Shown here one piece after another: positions 29,419 to 37,005 of a stretch of DNA of 64,000 bases. The number at the start of each line of letters is the position of its first letter. The first letter of the stretch is position 1. The position numbers and the translations under genes were made by a program. The stretch lies in assembly GCA_039188945.1 (NCBI GenBank), contig JBCCYW010000003.1:8573-72572 (forward strand), read 5' to 3'. The notes below the pieces were generated by a model. The model saw only the letters and a program-made list of their open reading frames with translations, was not told the DNA's origin and did no database searches. This DNA is from Patescibacteria group bacterium. Its GTDB lineage: Bacteria > Patescibacteriota > Minisyncoccia > Phycocordibacterales > UBA918.

Positions 29419-30549
29419 CTAGAAGGTCGGGGTTGCAATGTAAGTGAGGGTAGCGTTGTAGTCATCACCCGCTTCCTGGAGACCAGTAATCTCGATCTGA
29501 TAGCCTACCGTGGTCGAACCAACACTGTTTGTTGTACCATCAGCCGGACCATCGTGTTCGAAGATCTGACGTGGCGTCGTGCTGGCCGCGACCCAACATC
29601 CTTCCGTAGCTGCTGCTGGACAACCTTGGAATTCCCCAGCGTTCAGGTCATCAGCTGATGTAAGACCCCAGTGACCATAGGTATCCTCTTGCAAGATAGT
29701 CTCTGCCGGGTCAGCCCAGTCACCTGGTGTATTAACGTATGTACCATCAGAGAAACCATCAATGTCAGCACCAGAAGCTGAACTCAACTGCTGATCAGTT
29801 TCAACGGTTACTACGAATCCGTTACGGGCGTTCGTTGAAACATTAAGTCGTTGAGCAAGTGTCTCAATAATATCTTGAGTTACGACACCGAATGGAATTG
29901 CGGTCGGTGTAGTTGATCCAGTAGTTGATGTACCGTTTACTGGCGTAGACGTAGCCAAGCCACTAACGGTGAAGTCGAACGAGGTAAGGACTTCTGCTGT
30001 AACAAGTACGGTATCAACAATTGCTACTCGTGTAGCACCAGTGTCTTGATCACCAGCGGTAAGGGTAATTTCGTACGAGGTGTTTGACGTAGATGGGTTA
30101 GTGATTTGGTCACCTGAACCACCTGCGTTAGCACCGATTCGAACAGTAGTAGTCGAACCAGCTGCAATTGGGTTTACCATAGTGATGGTAACGGTTGGAC
30201 TAGCTACTACTGCAGTGTAGTCTGTACCACCGCCGGTAAGAAGGACTCCGTCATCGAGGACGGCTACGTCATCAGCGCCTACGCCACCGAAAACGAATTC
30301 ACCACCCGCAACTGGGAACGTGAGGACGATAGTCTCCGCTGCCAAGACTGAGTCAACAACAGCGAACTCTAACTCATGGTCTGACCCGGCACTTGGTGCT
30401 GAGTCAGTTAGGGTGTCCTGAAACCCTACGACGTTTGCTGCTTCAGCACTATGTGTGTACACCCCTACTGAGAGAAGTAACAGTGCAGACGCAACGAGCA
30501 TCGCGACTACTCGGTGCGCAGAGCCAACGTAAGTTGGTAATGCGAACAT
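29419..30549 (-). CDS. Secreted WxL-like/fimbrial-like protein, probable abundant structural subunit
   Basis: Signal peptide ending AEA; IPFG...LNVSTNARNGFVVTV...HWGL...VGYQIEITGLQEAGDDYNATLTYIATPTF terminal strand; has its own terminator. Confidence 0.72.
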   Translation of the reverse strand: MFALPTYVGSAHRVVAMLVASALLLLSVGVYTHSAEAANVVGFQDTLTDSAPSAGSDHELEFAVVDSVLAAETIVLTFPVAGGEFVFGGVGADDVAVLDDGVLLTGGGTDYTAVVASPTVTITMVNPIAAGSTTTVRIGANAGGSGDQITNPSTSNTSYEITLTAGDQDTGATRVAIVDTVLVTAEVLTSFDFTVSGLATSTPVNGTSTTGSTTPTAIPFGVVTQDIIETLAQRLNVSTNARNGFVVTVETDQQLSSASGADIDGFSDGTYVNTPGDWADPAETILQEDTYGHWGLTSADDLNAGEFQGCPAAATEGCWVAASTTPRQIFEHDGPADGTTNSVGSTTVGYQIEITGLQEAGDDYNATLTYIATPTF

Positions 30550-30859
30550 GTTCTTTGTATTAAATTAAATGCTAAATAACTTTTGTACTCATGCAGACAA
30601 TACATGCGTACGTCACGATGGAAATGTTTATGTGGAGAAGTGAAAGTTCGAAGCTTACGAGAAAATCTCAGCCTGCCTCGTATTCACCCATTTCTATCGC
30701 TCTGTCTATAAGTATAAAACGTTTGCGACACTTGTCTTTGTCCTACTGTTGATAACTTTCAAGTTTATTGTCTGCTATTTGAGGCTTGTTTTGCAACCTA
30801 TTGTAAATTCTATTGGTACAAGTCTTAGACACTACTATCAAGTACAGTTGTCTTTTCGC

Positions 30860-32113
30860 TCATTTGGCCGCTACGGTAGCGATGTCACTCCACCTGGTTG
30901 TATAGGCAGGTGAGACTAATTCTTTCTTAGTTTGCCACTTACTGCGCAGCTTCCGATCACCCGCTCGCAAGGTCTCCCGACCAAGCTTCGCGTTAACTGC
31001 ATCAATCACCTCCATCAACCCCTGACGTTCCTCGAGTTCTTGGTCAACAAACAATGGTTGTTGAGTCCCAGCAGTAGCGACAATCCCACTTATTATTACA
31101 CCAGCTTTTTTATAAGGGACCTTAGGTTCATATAATTGTTTCGTGAGCTTTATTGCTTCTTTTATATAGAGAATAGTATCGTCTGATGGGACATCGAGAA
31201 TAGCTTCGGCTGAACCACCGCGCAACATATAGTCTCCGTGTCGGCTCGGTCTAATCATGACTCTTATATGAGTCGCTTTCGCCCCCATTTCGCGCAAGTC
31301 TTCTAGTGCGTGCCGCACATGATATGCCACCGCGTCTTCCAACACCAAAAGGTCGTCTGTACTGGAAGCAAATGAGCGAGTACTCATAATACTTTTCTGG
31401 AGATCAAGCCGATTCTTAAGGCGCTCAACTGACGCCCCCGAAAGTTCTTGTTGTAAGCGCTTTCCAGCTATACCAAACAACTTTTGTACTCGCTCAGTAT
31501 CAGCATTGATTAAATCTTTAATGGTTACTAGACCATGTCCTTTCATTTCTCTGGCTCGACCTCCCCCAATTCCCCACACTTCGCCAAGAGGAATATCGTT
31601 AATTTCACTCATATTGGTGGGATCAAGTAAGTAAATACCGTCCCCTTTCTTAGCTTTACTATTAGCTAATTTAGCTAGGGTTTTAGTACTCGCCAAACCG
31701 ATCGAAACCGGCATCCCTACCTTTGTCTGAATAGCGTTTCTGATGCGCACGACTTTCTCTTGTGCTTCTTCAATTGAAACAGCACTTAGGGTAAAAAACG
31801 CCTCATCCACCGAATACTGCTCTACCGTATCAATTTCTTGCCGCATCACCGCAAATACCCGCCGGGACACCTCTCGATAGTGCGGAAAATTGCTTGAAAA
31901 TACCGCTGTCCTTTTGTCTTTTATAATGTCCTTTATCTTAAAAAACGGGATTCCCATCGGGATTCCCATATCTTTTATCTCCTGACTACGAGCCACCACA
32001 CATCCGTCGTTACTCGAGAGCACCATGGTCGGCACATCTCTCAAATCAGGCCGAAACAACCGTTCACACGAGACAAAAAAATTATTGCAATCAAGGAGAC
32101 CAATAAATGTCAT
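30860..32113 (-). CDS. umuC: Y-family DNA polymerase V subunit UmuC (with DUF4113 tail)
   Basis: LLDCNNFFVSCE, VLSSNDGCVVARS, YSVDEAF, TKTLAKLAN, C-terminal SPAYTTRWSDI. Confidence 0.93.
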   Translation of the reverse strand: MTFIGLLDCNNFFVSCERLFRPDLRDVPTMVLSSNDGCVVARSQEIKDMGIPMGIPFFKIKDIIKDKRTAVFSSNFPHYREVSRRVFAVMRQEIDTVEQYSVDEAFFTLSAVSIEEAQEKVVRIRNAIQTKVGMPVSIGLASTKTLAKLANSKAKKGDGIYLLDPTNMSEINDIPLGEVWGIGGGRAREMKGHGLVTIKDLINADTERVQKLFGIAGKRLQQELSGASVERLKNRLDLQKSIMSTRSFASSTDDLLVLEDAVAYHVRHALEDLREMGAKATHIRVMIRPSRHGDYMLRGGSAEAILDVPSDDTILYIKEAIKLTKQLYEPKVPYKKAGVIISGIVATAGTQQPLFVDQELEERQGLMEVIDAVNAKLGRETLRAGDRKLRSKWQTKKELVSPAYTTRWSDIATVAAK

Positions 32114-32319
32114 CTCTCAAATAGTACCTTAGTTTTTAATGATTTCGACTAACCAACAGAGTATAAGGTAAGTCTCTAGACAAAAATCTAAATATTTACT
32201 AGTGAGTGGCGAGAAGGTGAGAAGTTTATAAATAAAATAATAGTGTTATGGTGAATCTTGCTAACGATTTAAATATTGACACAATGTTATTTTATTTTAT
32301 ACTCTAGACCAGTAGTGTA

Positions 32320-32862
32320 TTGAAAAATACCGAAAATCACACGAAGGAGACTGAAGTGTCTACTGAAAGTACGAAATCAGCTCCAGAATCTGTTGATCAA
32401 GTTGGATTAGCTCTCGTCGATGGTCAAGAGCGCTCTATCCAGCTTAGAGAGATGATGGTTAAGCTGGGGGTCACGTGGACCGTTAGGCTTCATCCGGATG
32501 ACTTTCTGCAAGCACAGCAGATTCTTGACTCTGAGAAAACATTCACTCACTTCAACTTAGGAAAAACGATCCATAAAGTTGGTGAAGAGTATGCTCTTGT
32601 TAAAATCGTAAAGTCAGGCGCAAGTGATAGACCTCCACTTATTGACTATACACAAGCAGTCTCTGTGAAGTGTTCAAGGGTTCTGGATGAAGTTAGCTAT
32701 TTGGACATCTCTAGTAGTGACTACCGATTTTCGTTACCCAATATTCAGAGTAGATCTGAATTGGAACGAGCAATGTGTAACAGATACTGCTCCGTTAGAA
32801 ACTTGACTGAGACTGCAGTGCTAAATATGACAGTCACCCTCACAGAGTTCAAACTTTCCTGA
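32320..32862 (+). CDS. Hypothetical protein (C-terminal half weakly ASCH/PUA-like)
   Basis: 180-aa ORF on the opposite strand with AT-rich flanks; start uncertain. Confidence 0.6.
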   Translation: MKNTENHTKETEVSTESTKSAPESVDQVGLALVDGQERSIQLREMMVKLGVTWTVRLHPDDFLQAQQILDSEKTFTHFNLGKTIHKVGEEYALVKIVKSGASDRPPLIDYTQAVSVKCSRVLDEVSYLDISSSDYRFSLPNIQSRSELERAMCNRYCSVRNLTETAVLNMTVTLTEFKLS

Positions 32863-32961
32863 ATTAATCTAAAACGAAGGAGTATCAGAGCCGCCAATTA
32901 ACTTCGAGAGAAAGTTGGTTGGACGGCTTTTTCCTATATAAAACTTGAATCAATTTGTAGA

Positions 32962-34176
32962 CTAAAACAAATCCCAAATATCTTGATCCTCTTCTCCGTC
33001 GATCTTAAAGAGGGCTATGCCACGTAAATCGTAGTCATCAGCGAGATCGAGCTTGTCTTCTACCGCCTTAGCATCACTCCAGGTAATCATCCGAACGGGA
33101 ATCTCGATATCAGCATAGGTTGCTACTAGCAAGGCTTTGGCGGCCGCCTCATAGCCTTTTGGGGTGCCCGCTGGGATTGGTAGCGCGTTAAAAATCTTCC
33201 AAATTGAGTCTTCTGGAAAGTAGGTGATCACGGCTTCCCCGCCCTCAGTGCGACCAATTGGTGCATCATAAATTTCCGCCAGCTCTTCGATTCGTGGTGG
33301 ATTAAGGGTTGCCACGAGCTCATAGTCTTTATACCACTCAGACGCCACGGTAACGTCCCAGGCGCGACCGTAGGTTGGAATACCGAGTACCACCTTGTCT
33401 TCATCGAAATCCTCGAGCGCAAACTCCAGCACATGCTCCACCCAGTCAACATCAGCGACTGGGTTATACGGTACTCCACGACGCTCGTTGTTAAACACAA
33501 TATCAGCCCGCTGCTGATCGTACGCCATAATTTCAATCCAATCACAGTGGCGATTCATCGCTCGATAATCATTGGCGTACTGGATGGTTTCTGGCATTTG
33601 GTCGTCTCGCCAGCGGTGCTCTGGGCGCATCCGAGCCTCTACCGTACAAGAAAGGTCGCGTCGCCCAAGCTCATCTTCAAGTTCTTCCAGGAAATCTGAG
33701 AAGTAATCAATAGTTTTGGCTAGCTTTTGTTCGTAATCAATATTTACACCATCGAAGCGATACTGACGTACCATATCGACAATTTCCTCGATATGATCTG
33801 CTCGCTTGTCTTCATCACTTAAAACTTCATGAATCGCTGGACCATCAAACCAAGCAATCGTCGGAATCACCTCGACCCGCTCATCATCAGCCTCATCAAA
33901 CAAATCGTCCCAGTGATCATCGCGAAAATTTACTTTATTGACCAAGCGACCACGATCATCTACCTCGAACACAAATGGGTAAATTACATCGAGCTCGTCA
34001 AGATTATCTAAGGCCACCTCAGCGCCAGCTTCTTCCGTCCACCAAGGAATCCAACCAGACATATCATAAGAAGCTGCAAAAATATTGCGCGGAAAGAGGA
34101 TTGATAACAAAAACAGCACCAAAACCAGCCATAGCAAACCATCGCCAGCTCGACGCCCAAATTCTCGTTTATTCAT
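32962..34176 (-). CDS. Secreted glycoside hydrolase family 18
   Basis: FDGVNIDYE catalytic motif, IMAYD, KVVLGIPTYG, YDLRGIALF; signal peptide; start set to MNKREF at 34176. Confidence 0.9.
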   Translation of the reverse strand: MNKREFGRRAGDGLLWLVLVLFLLSILFPRNIFAASYDMSGWIPWWTEEAGAEVALDNLDELDVIYPFVFEVDDRGRLVNKVNFRDDHWDDLFDEADDERVEVIPTIAWFDGPAIHEVLSDEDKRADHIEEIVDMVRQYRFDGVNIDYEQKLAKTIDYFSDFLEELEDELGRRDLSCTVEARMRPEHRWRDDQMPETIQYANDYRAMNRHCDWIEIMAYDQQRADIVFNNERRGVPYNPVADVDWVEHVLEFALEDFDEDKVVLGIPTYGRAWDVTVASEWYKDYELVATLNPPRIEELAEIYDAPIGRTEGGEAVITYFPEDSIWKIFNALPIPAGTPKGYEAAAKALLVATYADIEIPVRMITWSDAKAVEDKLDLADDYDLRGIALFKIDGEEDQDIWDLF

Positions 34177-34192
34177 ACTGTTTATGACGCCT

Positions 34193-34612
34193 CTATTCAC
34201 CATTTCTTTCTTTGAGACAGTCTGACAATCGATGCTTGAGGAAGGGAACAACATCATCACGAGACAAGACTTCTTCCACACTCATCCACTGCCATCGCTG
34301 GCCTTCGTCACCAAACACAATACTTTCTGCAAGTTCGGCAGGAATTTCTACCCCGCAAGCAAAAGCCTGGAGATTGTGATCATGCATTGCTGGATAAGCT
34401 TTCTGCCAAAAAACCATTTCGGGTGTAATACTAATACCAAACTCTTCCTGCGTTTCTCTCTGCAGTGTCTCAAATACCGTCTCTTCTCCTTCTCTTCCAC
34501 CACCAGGAAAATCCCACATATTTGCAAAACGGAGACCGGGTTTGTCATCTCTCAAATAGACCAAAAGCTGGTTATTGTGAAATACCGCTGCTTTTACTCC
34601 GTTGAAATCCAT
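34193..34612 (-). CDS. NUDIX hydrolase (MutT-like)
   Basis: WDFPGGGREGEETVFETLQRETQEEFGI Nudix box; ATG overlaps the umuD stop (TAATG). Confidence 0.9.
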   Translation of the reverse strand: MDFNGVKAAVFHNNQLLVYLRDDKPGLRFANMWDFPGGGREGEETVFETLQRETQEEFGISITPEMVFWQKAYPAMHDHNLQAFACGVEIPAELAESIVFGDEGQRWQWMSVEEVLSRDDVVPFLKHRLSDCLKERNGE

Positions 34613-35046
34613 TAAAAAATTCTTACCGAACCAACGACAGTGCCCCATAGATATACATCTTCACTCTCATTTACCATGATCGGAGCATAGGCTTCGTTTT
34701 CCGAAACCAGAGCTGGATCGTTACCGACTTTGGTGTAGCGTTTGACCACTAATTCACCATACACCGCCGCTACCACGATCTTACCTTCTTTGGCATCAAT
34801 AGCGCGGTCAATCACCAACACATCGCCGTCAAAAATACCTGCCCCCTCCATCGAATCACCCGACACCCGAACAAAGAAAGTGGAAGCCGGGTTTTCAACT
34901 ACCAAATCATTAATATCAAGCGCTTTTTCTACCAAATCATCACCCGGAGCTGGAAAACCAGCTGCTGGTTGACTGGCGTATAGTGGTGCCTCAACGGGGT
35001 TGCCTGGCTGCATTTTGGCCACATCGACCGCTTTCGTTTCACTCAT
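34612..35046 (-). CDS. umuD: UmuD (S24 autoprotease) subunit of Pol V
   Basis: AAGFPAP cleavage site, RVSGDSM catalytic Ser, VVKR catalytic Lys; TATACT 7 nt before ATG 35046. Confidence 0.92.
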   Translation of the reverse strand: MSETKAVDVAKMQPGNPVEAPLYASQPAAGFPAPGDDLVEKALDINDLVVENPASTFFVRVSGDSMEGAGIFDGDVLVIDRAIDAKEGKIVVAAVYGELVVKRYTKVGNDPALVSENEAYAPIMVNESEDVYLWGTVVGSVRIF

Positions 35047-35068
35047 AGAGGCTAGTATAGCGGCAAAC

Positions 35069-35107
35069 GAAACAGCCGGCCAGCACGTAGTGCTGGCCGG
35101 CTGTTTC
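35069..35107 (-). terminator. 18-bp perfect hairpin downstream of the CAP gene, abutting the umuD promoter
   Basis: GAAACAGCCGGCCAGCAC-GTA-GTGCTGGCCGGCTGTTTC. Confidence 0.7.
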
Positions 35108-35114
35108 TTCAGCA

Positions 35115-36215
35115 TTAGACTATCAGCGCCCCACTCGTGACAAAACTATGTAGATAGAAGAGTCCACTCATGAGGACCAATAGTCCAAAGCCATAGGCAA
35201 TCTGCACTGGCCGTTGGTGCTGCGCCTCAATCACAATAGACAACGCTAAAGCTAGTGCCACAAACAAGCCAATCAGAACGTACAGAGTTTGCAATACGAC
35301 ATTAGGTCGAGTGGCAACTGAACCAATAAATGTCCCGATATCTTCTGCAGCAATTTCGCTCACCGTCTCGGCTGGTGGCGCTGGCGCTAAGCCAGAGCTC
35401 GTTGCTACCGTTTCGGTAAACACCGAAACCGATTCATCCTCAATCTCAACTTCGGCAATAACCGGTTCTTCTGATTCAGCAACTTGAATTGGTTCTGATT
35501 CCACTTCAGTTGCCACTTCTTCTAGCACAACTGGTTCAGATTCTGGTTCCGGAAGCTCAATAATATCGATTGTTTCGGCCAACACTGCGCTTGGTTCAGG
35601 TGATTCGGTCGCTTGAGCCACCACCAGTTCACTGACTGGCTCTGGTCGAGCAATAGCTGGTGTTCCAAATAATTGAACAACGTAGACAGTATCAAAACCT
35701 TGGTAGCGTCCACGAGCGGTACCAACGCCTATTTCGGTAAATTTTTGATCAACAATATTGGCGCGGTGTGATGGAGAATCCATCCAGGCATCCACCACTT
35801 CATCTGAATCGCTAAAATGGATGGCGAGGTTTTCTCCAGCGTGCGCAAAATCATACGACACCTCACCAAACCAATGCCATGGCGATACACCATCTGGGCT
35901 GTAGTGTGAGAAATATTGACCTTCCGCCATGTGTTGTGCTTTAAGCTCAGCCGCCTCATCGAGTGTTAGACTCCGCTGCAGAGCACTCGCACCATTGTCA
36001 GCCCGCTCGTCGTTTGTTAATTCAACCACCACACTAGGCAAAATAGTCGAGACCAGCCAGTCTGAAGTCATCCAAAACTGCGAGTGGAGGTTAGCGGCGG
36101 TAAAGGTAAGCAATACCAAACCGAGCATCGCCAACATAGCGGCCCGTTGCAAAATATGCGGTGTATAATCATTCCCTTCGTGTGGAATAAAGTAATTATG
36201 GACGTGTTTTTTCAC
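35115..36215 (-). CDS. CAP/SCP-domain membrane protein
   Basis: VVELTNDER, YFSHYSPDG, AGENLA, WMDSPSHRANI, VVQLFG; acidic linker; two C-terminal TMs; GTG start 6 nt after TGTTATAAT. Confidence 0.88.
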   Translation of the reverse strand: MKKHVHNYFIPHEGNDYTPHILQRAAMLAMLGLVLLTFTAANLHSQFWMTSDWLVSTILPSVVVELTNDERADNGASALQRSLTLDEAAELKAQHMAEGQYFSHYSPDGVSPWHWFGEVSYDFAHAGENLAIHFSDSDEVVDAWMDSPSHRANIVDQKFTEIGVGTARGRYQGFDTVYVVQLFGTPAIARPEPVSELVVAQATESPEPSAVLAETIDIIELPEPESEPVVLEEVATEVESEPIQVAESEEPVIAEVEIEDESVSVFTETVATSSGLAPAPPAETVSEIAAEDIGTFIGSVATRPNVVLQTLYVLIGLFVALALALSIVIEAQHQRPVQIAYGFGLLVLMSGLFYLHSFVTSGALIV

Positions 36216-36266
36216 TTTTATATTATAACACAAATTGTACTAAAGATCAATTATATCCAGGTCCAG

Positions 36267-36363
36267 TAAGTCCAGGCTCAAGTCAGCGAACGTCCGCGAG
36301 GGTTACGTGCCTATCTCTTTCGTCAAGCATCCAAGCGTGTGAGCTGATTTGAGCTTGGACTTA
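36267..36363 (+). other. 97-nt structured intergenic element (candidate ncRNA or MITE)
   Basis: 21-bp terminal inverted repeat with two G.T pairs; internal CC-GCGA-GG tetraloop. Confidence 0.45.
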
Positions 36364-37005
36364 TGTTTCTGTAATAAGCCTACCGTATACCACTAAATTA
36401 TGGCTATACCGCTGCTCCCCTTTGTCAAAGGTACCTGAGCAGGTAATTAATCGTAGCCCAGCGTGATCAATGTCTCCGTACACGAGCTGCGTTGGGAAAC
36501 CAGCCTGTTCATAACGGGCTAGCTCAGTAATTTCAAAAGTGGCCACACTCCCATCTTCTCGCTCAATATCTACCGTATCCCCTGGCTCAAGCTCTCCTAG
36601 CGACCAAAATATAGCTGGTCCATCCACTGAATCAACATGACCAAGAATGATCGAGGGACCAAGTTCACCGGGCGTAGGGCTATACTGATACCAACCAACT
36701 TCTTCATAACCGTCTGGAACTTCCACTTCCCCGTTGGTTTCAAGCCCAAGCGGAGCAGTGAACGGTGCTTCGAGGTTTAACTTCGGGATCGAGAGAATAA
36801 CTGGTGCTGACTCTGGAAGCAATTCGCCTTGTATAACCAGTGGCTTTGTTTCTTCGATACCATTTTCAAGGACTTTTTTCTCATACTGATGTAGGAAGTC
36901 ACCAATAAACAGTGCTCCCAGCAATCCACCCAGCACAAAAGCCACTACAAGTGTGTAGCGGCTTTTGTAGTTTAGGATAAATGCTTTCAGCTTACTCAGT
37001 CGCAT
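36361..37005 (-). CDS. Class F sortase
   Basis: VGWY..SPTPGELGPSIILGHVDS, F..L..L.PGD, LRLITCSG; N-terminal TM; start overlaps the upstream gene stop. Confidence 0.9.
   Translation of the reverse strand: MRLSKLKAFILNYKSRYTLVVAFVLGGLLGALFIGDFLHQYEKKVLENGIEETKPLVIQGELLPESAPVILSIPKLNLEAPFTAPLGLETNGEVEVPDGYEEVGWYQYSPTPGELGPSIILGHVDSVDGPAIFWSLGELEPGDTVDIEREDGSVATFEITELARYEQAGFPTQLVYGDIDHAGLRLITCSGTFDKGEQRYSHNLVVYGRLITET

Noticed and set aside
21139-30755. DnaA-box-like 9-mers in intergenic gaps (21139, 23255, 29287, 30631, 30747) as oriC or DnaA regulation
   Set aside because: All mismatched and dispersed; no cluster, DUE or dnaA nearby; could arise by chance
21159-34176. True cellulosome involving the GH18
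   Set aside because: Only one cohesin; the dockerin protein has no visible catalytic domain; the GH18 has no dockerin and lies outside the cluster
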